Below are positions 52,880 through 63,682 of a stretch of 64,000 nt of DNA, piece by piece; position 1 is the first letter of the stretch; the number at the start of each line of letters is the position of its first letter. The notes beneath the pieces are model-generated. The model saw nothing but the letters and a program-made list of their open reading frames with translations, made no database searches and was not told the origin of the DNA. The translations under genes were made by a program, and so were the position numbers. The DNA is from Bdellovibrionota bacterium (lineage in GTDB: Bacteria; Bdellovibrionota; UBA1018; CAIPTA01; JAALKR01), in contig CBDBMJ010000001.1 in the NCBI GenBank assembly GCA_965207455.1, positions 960,001-1,024,000 on the forward strand. The letters are read 5' to 3'.

Positions 52880-55800
52880 CGAGTACATACTTCATCTATA
52901 GTTTTCCCCTTGTTATGATAGGCCTCAAAAGAAACTTTTTCTATTCTAAGCACTCCCACTATTAATTCTAAAGAGTATTTCATAGAAGACTCCATACGGT
53001 TAAGAATTTTCTCAATAGATTTTTCATACATTCTTGCTTTTGATCCGTCTAAAGTCTCCACAGCCGCAAGTAATGTGGTGCGAATCTCTTGCAGATCTGC
53101 TGTCATAGACTTAAAGATTTCCTTCATGCTATCAAGGGATATCAAGGGATATAGTTGAGCTATAGTCTTCTCCTTCATGTTCATTAACAAAATAATTAAT
53201 TGAAGGGAAATTACCTTTTCTGCATTTAACGGCTGACTTTTCAAAGATACTCCATAATATTTCAAATTTTTCAGAGAATTTTTTTGTTGTAGCATCATAG
53301 TTATGTATATCATTGTCTTTTATCTCTGTTGACATGTTTTGTAAATCTTTATAAATTGTTCTTAAAACTTCTTTGAGATAGTACTTTACTTCAAAAAACA
53401 TGGAGTATAGATAACTTGATTCTACTTTATCTCTATTGATTTTTTTTGGATCCAGCATCCCTGAATAGTATCCTCCTGGACCTGGATTACTCTCTGAACA
53501 ATCTATCCCTAAAGGGTAAAAACCAAACAATGCTTTTCGAAATTTTCTTTTAGAGCCTTCTTGTTTTATTAAAGCATCACATTTCACCTTATCATTGGGA
53601 ATTTCCACATTATAATTCCACCATAAGCTAAATCGATTCTTAGCGCTACAGTAAGAATATTTTTTATAAGGAAAAACATCATTCTCAAGTGACTTGTCAA
53701 GATCGCAATCATCCTTTCCTTCACAAGAAAGCAATTCCTTGTCACAATACATTCTTGAACCTAACTCATTCAAAAAGAAATCTATATTGTCATGGATAAC
53801 TGCTGATATACTGCTATAGTGTCTTTTTTTGTCAGAAAAATACCAATGATAATCTCCATCAACGCTAGGGAGAACAAAACGACTCTTAGTAGAACCCCTG
53901 CGGCTACAAGGATCAGCCTTTATGTTGGGAAGCAGGGAGGGAGGACGAAATTCTATATCTTGTGCAAAGGAGGCATCAACGGAATCCTTGATTTTTTTTG
54001 GCCCACAAACCATGCTAAGAAAAAGAGATTCACTTAAAGATTTTGATTTGACAACTCCTGAAAGTATATTGTATTTAGAGAAACAATCTTTTTTCTCTTC
54101 CTTAAGATATTTATCTGGATTATATGAAGTGGATTTGCCATATTCCTCCTAAAATTGATTGAGTTTTATGCTCCGCAGGGCAGTAATTTCCTTCTTTTGC
54201 TTCATTCAATTTTTTTAAGTATTGTCTTACATAACTATCACTTGCCTCAGGAAAACCTAATATCTCATATGCTGGATAAAAAAGACAATCTATTGACTCA
54301 AATTTACTTTCTTTGCATTCTTCAAATGCGTTAGTTTTTTGAATTTGTTTTGCTAAGGTAAGCACACCTTCAGCAAGTTTCTCTCTATTCTTTATAGCGA
54401 GAGAATCTTTAATTTTTTTTATTTTTTTATACGTTGGATTGCTTGTAATCCATGGAGAGGATCGTGTAAAAGAATTTAGAGATTGCTTCAAGAAAGTTGA
54501 AGCCATTAAAATCCGGCACTGCTTCTCAAAACCTATTGGAGAGGATGAGTCTAAGGTGATTGAATAATTAGCTTTAGTCAAGGCGGGGTATGCTTCTCTT
54601 AAACCTATATTCAATTTTTCAATATGTTTTTCTCCACAGTTATCCAAACTCAGATCACAAGATTTTACAACATGATATTTTTCAAAAAGAGAGACTAACT
54701 GCTTTCTTGTTATATTCACTGTTTCTTTATTTCCATCTATTCTCCATGCATGCTTATTTCGTTTAGAAACTTTTAGCTCATTTTCATAAAAATTTCGAAT
54801 ATAAAACGTATGTTCGTCTGGAAACCTAATCGATTTTATAGAGTAATCTGATAATCTCTTTTTTTCTCCTATTTTTTCACAAATTGCTATATCAGGCTTT
54901 TCATCTATTCTTCCCAAATAACCTTTTCCCTGTTCACTATCAATATTCAGATATTTATATGCTTTTTTTTGGTAATAACCTTCTTGATCATAAGGTAATT
55001 CTCTGATTGTGTCTATGGGGTTAACTCTCTCCGCACTCATAAATTTAGGTATTGATTCATTGAGGCTTTCCCCATCTTTAGGTGGATTCTTTTCTATATA
55101 ATCTACATACTTTGTAATAAAATCGCCGTAAAAACTCGATGTTTGTTCACTAACAACATTAAAGTGAGACATATAGTTCTCATACTGGTAGTAAGTATTC
55201 TGCTCTTGCTCTATTAACGAACCATGCCACGCAGACTGATATTCAATAAAATCTTCCACATTATTATAAAAATCATGAATGCTTGTTTGAGTTGAAGTGG
55301 GTGCTGTAGCCTTGGCAGGTTCATTCATACTATAGAGTACACTAGATGATGAACTAGGCTTTTCTTTCGAGAGCTCACGAGTAAGTTCTAAAACTTCATC
55401 AAGTTTTCTTTTGCTATTTCCTACATACAAAGCATCAACCTTAGTTCCCAAATAGTTAGCACCACCTTCAGTTTCAAACATCCATCCTAAAAAAAAGAAA
55501 ATATGCCATATCGACTGCCCAATCATTGCCACCGTTGTGGCAGCTGGATGAAAGGGAAGAGTAAATAAAGTTATATTTTTAATTTTTGACCATACCGCTA
55601 GATGCTTAGAAAGAAATGAAACTTTCTTTCCTCCCCTAAGAGATGATATGGCACCGGTAGTTCCATGGGCTAGACCTGCAGCTGTTAAAATATGTACAAC
55701 ATCTACCCCCAAATGGGCAAAAAATTTTCCATTCTTAAACTTCTTGTACAATGCGGCGCATTCAGCTAGTTGTTGATCTTTATCCGTTTTTGACACATAG

Positions 55801-56708
55801 GGAGCCCCTCGCCTACCTTCTTTTATTTCATTTGGATTGGATAAAGCCCCGAAAGTACAATCTTTAATACCCCAACCCACATCTGTAATAATTGATGCTC
55901 CTATAGTTGCAAGCGCCATACCCGCATAAGTATTAAATTTACTCTCAAATAGTCTTTGCATAAAAGTATGGGGGCGAATCAATCCATGAGGCAGGGGTGC
56001 AGTTCGAAGCTGACTATAAGCACCATATAAACTATTTATAAAAATAAAGTTAAAGAAATGAAAAGTAGATCTTGCATCTGTTAACATTTCCAATTCAGAA
56101 TTAACACAACGAGGATCGGATAAATCCTTCACTTCATGGAAGGCGAAACATACCACATTTCCAGCAGCAAAAAATAGCAAAACCTCCAAGGGAAAGCGAC
56201 CTATTGTTCTTTTTAGGACTACGCCTTTTCCATACTTAATTTTTTGCTCTTCTTTAATAAGTTTAGAATAATATTCTCCAATTGTTTTTTGTATATTCCC
56301 AAGCACTGAAAGCTCTGATAGACTAAGAGATCGTTCTAACAGCGAGAAATCTTCCTTTGCTCCCTTTATTTGTTCTATTTTTTTTCTCAGTCTTTTCAGT
56401 AATCTTTTCTCCAGAGGAGCAAGGACAGGACTATTACGCTCCATCTCTTCTGCTAACGTAAATATTGTTATTGCTTGACTATTCCTATGACTATTCACAT
56501 TTTGTTCTAGATCATTCTCTTTTATAATTCCTTGTAATTTTTCGAATGCATCTCTGAAAATTTCTTCATCGTCCTTAGTGCTGGGCCTACGATCTTTTGA
56601 AGTTTTTGTGATCTTTGAAAATTTAGAAGAAGTAGAGTATAGCGCTGAAGTGCAGGAAGTGGAAAATATAATAAGAGCCAGAAATAAACACAGCTTTCGT
56701 TTCATCAA
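52876..56708 (-). pseudogene. Large lipoprotein-like gene (~1270 aa) broken into three ORFs by two frameshifts
   Basis: One extra base near 54150 (ATT TTA G-GAG GAA TAT) and a 10-bp tandem duplication ATCAAGGGAT at 53131-53150; correcting both joins ORFs 54120..56708, 53132..54013 and 52876..53313. Confidence 0.7.
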
Positions 56709-56776
56709 ATATTATTATAATAGAGAACAGTATAAACATAAAGAGGCACTTTTATAAATGCAATCTCATTACCTCT

Positions 56777-56820
56777 TGAAGTGTGCCGGGCTGAAGTGTG
56801 CCGGGCTGAAGTGTGCCGGG
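56777..56820. repeat. GC-rich 15-bp tandem repeat, 3 copies
   Basis: (TGAAGTGTGCCGGGC)x2 followed by TGAAGTGTGCCGGG, intergenic. Confidence 0.9.
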
Positions 56821-56840
56821 TGATCTTTTTGCTTTAAACC

Positions 56841-58907
56841 TTACAACAATGCTATCAGGGGAGCGATTAATAATGAAACCACGCTCATCACCTTAATAAG
56901 AATGGAGACAGCTGGACCAGAGGTGTCTTTAAATGGATCTCCTACCATATCACCCACAATAGCAGCCTTGTGGGTGTCGCCCCCTTTGCTGTGTCCTTGG
57001 AGTAAACCTTTTTCTATATATTTCTTTGCATTATCCCAAGCCCCACCAGCATTGGCCATAAATAAAGCCATCGTGGCACCAACGGCCATGGCTCCAGCTA
57101 AAGTCCCTGCTAAAACAACGGGTCCTAAAATAAATCCCACCAATATGGGAGCAAAAATAGCAATGGTTCCAGGCAGGATCATTTGCAGTAAGGCTGCATC
57201 GGTAGCAATTTCCACAATCTTTTTTGGTTCAGGTTCTGCTGTTCCTTCTCGTAAGCCTGGAATGTCTCGAAACTGTCGTTGAATCTCCTCCACAATAGTA
57301 CTGGCAGCGCGACCCACGGCCGTCATCGTAGTACAAGCAATGAGAAAGGGTAAAATAGAACCTATTAAAATACCAATCAATACATCAGCCGTCGTTAGGT
57401 TTAAAAGAAGGGGTTCCAAACCATTTTGGTTACGAATATAATTTATCTCCATATTGAACGCAGAAAATAAGGCAAGCACAGTAAGAATAGCCGAACCAAT
57501 GGCAAAGCCCTTACCAATAGCTGCGGTGGTATTTCCCACAGCATCCAGTTTATCTGTAATGGCTCGCACCTCAGGGCCCAAGCCAGACATTTCGGATAAG
57601 CCTCCTGCATTGTCTGCAATGGGACCATATGCATCCACGGTCATTACAATAGCCGTAGCAGCTAACATGCCCACAGCTGCAATAGCAATTCCGTATAAAC
57701 CCAAAAACTCATTGGCCACAAAGGCTGCCACAATTACAGCCAACATAGGAAGAGCCACAGATTCCATACCCACTGCAAGCCCTCGGATCACTCCCGTACC
57801 AGCACCCGTCTTGCAAGACTCTGCAATTAAACGAATGGGACGAGAGGCTGTATAGTATTCCGTAACCAAACCAATAAATCCACCGCCAATGGCTCCTGCG
57901 GCAAGTGCTATCGTAACTCCTTGGCTTAAGCCCAGCCAAGGCATCACTACGTAGGAAACTGCGGTAAGTGCTAGGGGAGGAAAAATTAAACAATTGCGAA
58001 GCACCGTCGCAGGATTCCTATCGCACATCAACCGGGCAAGAAAAATACTGGCAATGGAAATAAAAAGCCCCAATGCGGAAAGAAATAAGGGGAGGGTAAC
58101 TCCCATCATTCGAATATGCTCTTCCGTGTGACTGGCAGGATCCAGCATTAAAACCTCCAGCCCAAGACTTGGAATTGTCAATGCAATGGCCATGGCAGAA
58201 ACAATGGCTGCCACCATGGATTCGTAAATATCTGCTCCCATGCCGGCAACGTCGCCCACATTATCTCCCACATTATCTGCAATTACACCTGGGTTGCGAG
58301 GATCGTCCTCTGGAATATCTTCAATTACTTTACCTGCAATGTCGGCTCCCACATCGGCTGCTTTCGTATAAATCCCTCCACCGATACGGGCAAATAAAGC
58401 AATGGAGCTAGCCCCCACAGCAAAAGCATGAAGAACAGTGGCTATATGGGCATGATCGTGAAAATACCAATACAGACCGCCCAGACCCACTAAACCTAAA
58501 CCAGCCACACAGAGACCCATTACTCCACCACCGTCGAGTGCATTGAGTAATGCTAGGCCAGGTTTATTTTCCCTGGCTGCTTGTGCTGTACGCACATTAG
58601 CCAAAGTAGCAGAGTTCATTCCAAAAAATCCAGCCAATAGGCTTAAAAAAGCCCCCAGCAAAAAACATAGTCCAGATAAAATCCCTAGGCTCGCCCAAAG
58701 GAGTGCGAACACAATTAAAGAGTAGAAAAAAAGAACCTTATACTCACGCATGAGAAAAACCATGGAACCCTCTCTCACGTAGCCAGCAATACGGTTCATG
58801 GTTTCATTGCCTGCGGGCTGTCCCTTGATACGGACAAAAAAGAAAACGGCCACGAACAGGGCAAGGATGCCGGAAATAATAGGCATGGTATATAGAAATG
58901 TAGTCAT
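56841..58907 (-). CDS. hppA: Membrane-bound ion-translocating pyrophosphatase, K+-dependent type
   Basis: [35 protein letters not shown] (Ala at the K+-dependence site), [10 protein letters not shown]. Confidence 0.95.
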   Translation of the reverse strand: MTTFLYTMPIISGILALFVAVFFFVRIKGQPAGNETMNRIAGYVREGSMVFLMREYKVLFFYSLIVFALLWASLGILSGLCFLLGAFLSLLAGFFGMNSATLANVRTAQAARENKPGLALLNALDGGGVMGLCVAGLGLVGLGGLYWYFHDHAHIATVLHAFAVGASSIALFARIGGGIYTKAADVGADIAGKVIEDIPEDDPRNPGVIADNVGDNVGDVAGMGADIYESMVAAIVSAMAIALTIPSLGLEVLMLDPASHTEEHIRMMGVTLPLFLSALGLFISIASIFLARLMCDRNPATVLRNCLIFPPLALTAVSYVVMPWLGLSQGVTIALAAGAIGGGFIGLVTEYYTASRPIRLIAESCKTGAGTGVIRGLAVGMESVALPMLAVIVAAFVANEFLGLYGIAIAAVGMLAATAIVMTVDAYGPIADNAGGLSEMSGLGPEVRAITDKLDAVGNTTAAIGKGFAIGSAILTVLALFSAFNMEINYIRNQNGLEPLLLNLTTADVLIGILIGSILPFLIACTTMTAVGRAASTIVEEIQRQFRDIPGLREGTAEPEPKKIVEIATDAALLQMILPGTIAIFAPILVGFILGPVVLAGTLAGAMAVGATMALFMANAGGAWDNAKKYIEKGLLQGHSKGGDTHKAAIVGDMVGDPFKDTSGPAVSILIKVMSVVSLLIAPLIALL

Positions 58908-58968
58908 GAAAAAATCCCTTCAATATTAGTTTTTAATCCTTCCATTACTGTATACTAAAGTAAGCAAT

Positions 58969-59424
58969 ATGCAATACTGGCTCATGAAATCTGAACCTGA
59001 GACTTTCTCCATTGAGGATCTTAAGCAATCCCAAAAAACCCAATGGGATGGAGTACGAAACTACCAAGCTCGTAACTTTATGCGAGACAAAATGCGACTA
59101 GGGGATCTCATATTCTTCTACCACAGCAATGCCAAGCCCCCGGGCATTGTTGGCCTAGCAAAGGTATCCCGAGAAAGTCACCCCGACCCCACGCAATTGG
59201 ATAAAAAAAGCCCCTACTTCGACCCGCGAGCCACCCAAGACAAGCCCATCTGGTTCCTAGTGGAAATCACCTTTCAAAAGAAATTTTCCTCCATCCTCTC
59301 CCTAGAGAGCCTAAAAGAAGAGAAAATGCTCCAAGATTTTCCTTTATTGAAGCAAGGCAACCGACTGTCCATACTGCCTGTGAGCAAGAAACACTGGCAG
59401 CATATTTTAACCTTAGCTAATTGA
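58969..59424 (+). CDS. EVE domain protein
   Basis: YWLMKSEP, WDGVRNYQARN, FYHS, RLSI. Confidence 0.93.
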   Translation: MQYWLMKSEPETFSIEDLKQSQKTQWDGVRNYQARNFMRDKMRLGDLIFFYHSNAKPPGIVGLAKVSRESHPDPTQLDKKSPYFDPRATQDKPIWFLVEITFQKKFSSILSLESLKEEKMLQDFPLLKQGNRLSILPVSKKHWQHILTLAN

Positions 59425-60748
59425 CCATGAATCCTGGACCTAAGCCCGATCCCACCAAGGCTTCCAGATCGTCCACCTCTTTGGGAGCACCTGAGGTGAG
59501 GACTTCTGGATCTCCTGTGGTCACAAGAATATCGTCCTCAATACGAACTCCAATGCCCCGGTATTCCGGGGGTACATCGTCCCTATCCTTAGAGATATAA
59601 ATGCCCGGCTCCACAGTGCATATATTTCCTGGGACTAAGGGAATACTCTCTCCAGAGTCGGTGAAATATACACCTGCATCGTGCACATCCAAGCCCAGCC
59701 AATGGCCTGTGCTATGGGGGAAAAAGCTCTTATATTTTTTTTCCTTTATAATTTGATTCCCTTTGAGGAAACCCAGATCCAGCAAACCGTCCACGATGAC
59801 TTCCAAAGATTTTTTATGCATGTAGTCATAAGGATTCCCCGATCGTGCCACGGCAATTGCTTGCTTTTGAGCCTCTAGGACAATTTCATAGATTCTTTTT
59901 TGTGCCGACGTAAAACGTCCATTAACGGGAAAAGTTCGTGTAATGTCGCTGGCATAAAGGTCCAGCTCTCCTCCTGCATCCACAAGAACAAGATCACCGT
60001 CCTCTAGAACGGATCGATTCTGAGTATAGTGCAAAACAGTGGCGTTATTGCCTCCACCCACAATGGATGGATATGCCAGTGCTTGGGCGCCACCCAGGAA
60101 AAAAGATCGTTCAATCTCGGCAGCTAATTGGTATTCGTATTGGTTCACAGTTGTGAGTGCCATACCGTCGCGATGGGCCTTGGCAGAGTTTTTCGCACTA
60201 GATCTCATTATTTCAATTTCGTGGGCATCCTTTACCATTCTTTGACGGGCCAAAATGGGTGCAGTGGAAAACACTCCCTCTATGGCTTTCTCTCCCCTGC
60301 GGGGGTTGGAAGAAAAGGCTTGCATATACTTTTGCATTGTAGCGTCCACTTCTCTATACACTCCCATGGGGTAGTACACCTTGCCCGTTTTTCGCAATAA
60401 TGGAAAAAACTCTTTTTCAAAGTCGGCTAGAGGAAAGCAGGCATTGGGTTTTAGCTGTGCTTTGGCTTCCTCCACTCCCATTCGTTTTCCCACCCACAGT
60501 TCCTTGCTTGGATCCTTGGGGGGTACAAATAAGCGATAGGGCGTGGAAGTATGGGGAGCAAAAATAGCGATGGCTTTTTCCTCTGTATATCCCGTTAGGT
60601 AGTAAAAAGAACTATCGGGTCGATAGGGGTAGTGGGAATCTCCGTTACGCAACACCTCTGGAGACGTAAAAAATACGGCAACAGCATCACCAAGTTCTGC
60701 TAAAAATTTGCTCCGACGTTCATGAAATATGTTCTGATCCACAGTCAA
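59417..60748 (-). CDS. pepP: Xaa-Pro aminopeptidase
   Basis: FYYLTG, LVDAG...YASDITRTFP, HSTGHWLGLDVHD, TVEPGIY, GVRIEDD. Confidence 0.93.
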   Translation of the reverse strand: MTVDQNIFHERRSKFLAELGDAVAVFFTSPEVLRNGDSHYPYRPDSSFYYLTGYTEEKAIAIFAPHTSTPYRLFVPPKDPSKELWVGKRMGVEEAKAQLKPNACFPLADFEKEFFPLLRKTGKVYYPMGVYREVDATMQKYMQAFSSNPRRGEKAIEGVFSTAPILARQRMVKDAHEIEIMRSSAKNSAKAHRDGMALTTVNQYEYQLAAEIERSFFLGGAQALAYPSIVGGGNNATVLHYTQNRSVLEDGDLVLVDAGGELDLYASDITRTFPVNGRFTSAQKRIYEIVLEAQKQAIAVARSGNPYDYMHKKSLEVIVDGLLDLGFLKGNQIIKEKKYKSFFPHSTGHWLGLDVHDAGVYFTDSGESIPLVPGNICTVEPGIYISKDRDDVPPEYRGIGVRIEDDILVTTGDPEVLTSGAPKEVDDLEALVGSGLGPGFMVN

Positions 60749-60819
60749 AAGTGTAAACCAGTACCTTAGGTGTGTAAAGCTATCTTATGATTCTTACCTT
60801 AAACATCCTAAGGCCTTCG

Positions 60820-60866
60820 CTGAGGCAGGAGAATTCCAGCAGTTAAAATCCTGCCATCAGTTTTTT
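60820..60866 (+). terminator. Terminator-like hairpin with T-tract
   Basis: CTGA-GGCAGGA...TCCTGCC-A-TCAG followed by TTTTTT; long loop, and no plus-strand gene upstream. Confidence 0.35.
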
Positions 60867-60943
60867 CCTTTGCTACGTTCCACCAAAAGGTTCTATTTTC
60901 AGCACATTCTTTTAGAAGTGAAAAGAGTTTTGCAACATTATGT

Positions 60944-61843
60944 TTAGTGAAGAACTTTAGAAGATAGATCTAGTTTAATATCTTTGATAATTTTTTTTAA
61001 AAATTTAGTCAAAATTCTATTTGATGGCCAAACAGCGGAGATATTGTAGGGGTGGGAACATTCTTTTTCTAAAATAGGAGTAATTTGATCCCTGTACAGA
61101 TGATAATAATAATCGGGAAGTAGTGAAAACATATCGCTATTTTTAAGTGCGTTGATACAAATAGAAACATTATCGTGAAGAAGTTGTGGAGCTTGGGTCA
61201 CTCCTAACTTTAAAAGAGATGGATGTTTTTCACAATTATCTATTCCCTGGAAAGATTTTGGTAAAGTCAAAGGGTACTCAGTAAGTGCTTTTACTTTTGC
61301 CTTATTAGATAGCTTAAGAATTGGGTGGTTTTTCCTTACAAAAATGTGCATTTTTCCTTCATATAAAATTTCAGTTTCAATTTTTATATTTTCTTGAGGG
61401 GAGAAACAAAAGCCTATATCACGCTGACCATTTATGAGTGTCTTAACAACATTGGCAGAACGTAATGAGAAAATTTCAGTGCTAACCTTTGTATGTTTTG
61501 CCAAGCTTTTACTCAAAATAGGAGTGACAAGAAAATCAGCAAGGACGTGAGTTGCTACAATCTTATAATGGCCTTGATGATCAACATTATCCGATGTAAT
61601 TTCGTCTTTTAATGAATTAAATCTTGCAAGTATTTCTTCCACATGTTCAGCAAAATATTTTCCATGTGCTGTAAGAAAGATATTTTTGCCTTTTTTTTCA
61701 AATAATGGACGACCTATTTCTTCTTCAAGAAATGAAATACTATGACTAATGGCACTTGGTGAGATGCCCAATATTTTTGAAGCTTTCCCAATATGCTCAT
61801 TTTTGGCTGTCTCAAGAAAATAATTTAGTTGGTCTATCTTCAT
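60944..61843 (-). CDS. LysR-family transcriptional regulator
   Basis: QLNYF...ASKILGISPSAISHSISFLEEEIGRPLF...LTAHG HTH; divergent from the downstream operon. Confidence 0.93.
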   Translation of the reverse strand: MKIDQLNYFLETAKNEHIGKASKILGISPSAISHSISFLEEEIGRPLFEKKGKNIFLTAHGKYFAEHVEEILARFNSLKDEITSDNVDHQGHYKIVATHVLADFLVTPILSKSLAKHTKVSTEIFSLRSANVVKTLINGQRDIGFCFSPQENIKIETEILYEGKMHIFVRKNHPILKLSNKAKVKALTEYPLTLPKSFQGIDNCEKHPSLLKLGVTQAPQLLHDNVSICINALKNSDMFSLLPDYYYHLYRDQITPILEKECSHPYNISAVWPSNRILTKFLKKIIKDIKLDLSSKVLH

Positions 61844-61951
61844 ATTCGTTAGTTTCTCTCAACAATATTGATGAATTCATATCATTTTACACATATATAG
61901 TCAAGCTCTACACTAGCAATCAAGAAGAAGACTAATTTAATTGGAGGAAGC

Positions 61952-63682
61952 ATGAAATTAATAAGATACAGCAGTGATAGTATGGGCAAGGCCTATGGAA
62001 TTAGTTGTTCCAATGACTTGCATCCAAATAATTCATGCGGCGCATCTTTTTTTCCAAGCTTATGTAGAGTGGAACAGGGTGGTGAAACGCTGATTCATTC
62101 ACATTATGAAACTGAAATTTTTATTGTCACAAAAGGAAGGGCTCTTGCTGTTGTTGAGGGTGAAGAGGTCTTCCTTGATCCCAATGATCAATTGCTTGTT
62201 CATCCCTTTGAGGAACATATTATAAAAAATATAGGGTCTGAGCCTCTTGAGTTCTTTGCTATTTATTCAAGAGTTAACTATAAGAATGATACTAAAAAGA
62301 GCAATACTCTCATCATTTCGGCTCCTCCCACACCCAATGGAGGTCTCCACTTAGGACATCTATCTGGTCCCTATCTTTCAGCAGATATTTTAAAAAGATT
62401 TTTATCATTAAGAGAAAAAAAGGTTAAGCATTTCTCATCGACGGATGACAATCAAACCTACACATTTAAAATGGCTCGTGACTATGGCAAAGATCAAGAA
62501 GAGATATTGCAAAAATATCATGAGATTATTTGCTCTGATTTACGTCAGGCCTCAATAGAAGTTGATGATTTTTTTAGCACATCTAAAGATGACAATTATA
62601 AAATTCATGTTAAAGAAAAATTTGAACAATTAAAGAAGAGTGATGCTGTTTCTATAAAAAAAATAGAGTTTCCTTTTTTAGATGGTTATAAATATGAAGC
62701 TTTTTTAGAAGGAATCTGTCCTGATTGTCAGAAAAAATCTTGTGGGCAATGCTGCGAATCCTGTGGATTTGTTGGTGAAGCAAGTGATTTTAATAGAAGC
62801 AATTTAAAATCAAAGGAATGTTTAACTTTAGATTTAAGTGAATTTAGAGAATTTCTTAAACAGTATCATAACAGTTTAAACCTTCAGGGCGAAGTTGCTA
62901 AAAGAGCAAAAAAATGGAGAAGAAATCTAAGTTCTTTCACACTTAATTATCCTGAAAATATTGGAATTGATGGAATGCATGTCTGGTGTGAAATGGCATT
63001 TGGAATGCTTTATCAAATCAATAAATATTCAGACAAAGTTGATGAACTTATTTATTGCTTTGGTATTGACAATTCTTATTACTATTTAGTTTTGATACCT
63101 TCAATTTTAAAAGCATTGGGCGAAGAAGGGAAACTTCCTAATAAAGTAATTATTAATGGATTTTATAATTTAAATGATCAAAAATTTTCAACGTCTAAGG
63201 GACATGCAATATGGGTGAAAGATATTGATAAAAGTGAGTGTGACAATCTAAGGCTTTATCTTTCATTGTTTAGACCTGAAGGAGCAGTTGGAAACTATAA
63301 TCATGATGAATTTCTAAAATTTTCTAATGAAATGAACTTAAAGCTAAGTCATTTAAGGTCTTTAGAGAAAAGTGAGCTTAATGGTGCATCGTTGATAGAA
63401 GCAGACCATAATTTTTACAAAAAGCTGGTCCGAAAACTTCTTTCACTAGAAAATAGCATGAGCGAAGATTTTTCGCTGAACGAATATGCATCTAACGCGA
63501 TTCAGATCTTGAATGATTATCTCTCATATATTGAATTTAGTGAAGATACATTAGAAAAAAAGAAAATATTTATTCCGCTTATAAAAATGGCTTTTTATCC
63601 AATAATGCCAAACACGTTTGAGCTTTCTGATTTTAATTCTGTTTGGAGCTTAGATTTAAGGAGAAATTTAAATGAGAAATGA
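61952..63682 (+). CDS. Cupin / methionyl-tRNA-synthetase-like didomain protein (putative hydrazine synthetase)
   Basis: N-terminal cupin (HSHYETE...EEH) fused to a class I aaRS core (PPTPNGGLHLGH, CPDC/CESC knuckle, KFSTS); non-canonical STDDNQ and FGIDN motifs. Confidence 0.8.
   Translation: MKLIRYSSDSMGKAYGISCSNDLHPNNSCGASFFPSLCRVEQGGETLIHSHYETEIFIVTKGRALAVVEGEEVFLDPNDQLLVHPFEEHIIKNIGSEPLEFFAIYSRVNYKNDTKKSNTLIISAPPTPNGGLHLGHLSGPYLSADILKRFLSLREKKVKHFSSTDDNQTYTFKMARDYGKDQEEILQKYHEIICSDLRQASIEVDDFFSTSKDDNYKIHVKEKFEQLKKSDAVSIKKIEFPFLDGYKYEAFLEGICPDCQKKSCGQCCESCGFVGEASDFNRSNLKSKECLTLDLSEFREFLKQYHNSLNLQGEVAKRAKKWRRNLSSFTLNYPENIGIDGMHVWCEMAFGMLYQINKYSDKVDELIYCFGIDNSYYYLVLIPSILKALGEEGKLPNKVIINGFYNLNDQKFSTSKGHAIWVKDIDKSECDNLRLYLSLFRPEGAVGNYNHDEFLKFSNEMNLKLSHLRSLEKSELNGASLIEADHNFYKKLVRKLLSLENSMSEDFSLNEYASNAIQILNDYLSYIEFSEDTLEKKKIFIPLIKMAFYPIMPNTFELSDFNSVWSLDLRRNLNEK

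Noticed and set aside
56777..56820. CRISPR array
   Set aside because: Repeats are 15 bp, head-to-tail, with no spacers; no cas genes in the window.
60820..60862. Hammerhead ribozyme on the minus strand (CTGATGG...CGAA)
   Set aside because: Lacks the exact CUGANGA and GAAA core and a third stem.
61952..63682. Housekeeping methionyl-tRNA synthetase (metG)
   Set aside because: N-terminal cupin, altered Met-binding motifs, degenerate C-terminal region and an operon context with a flavoenzyme and LysR.
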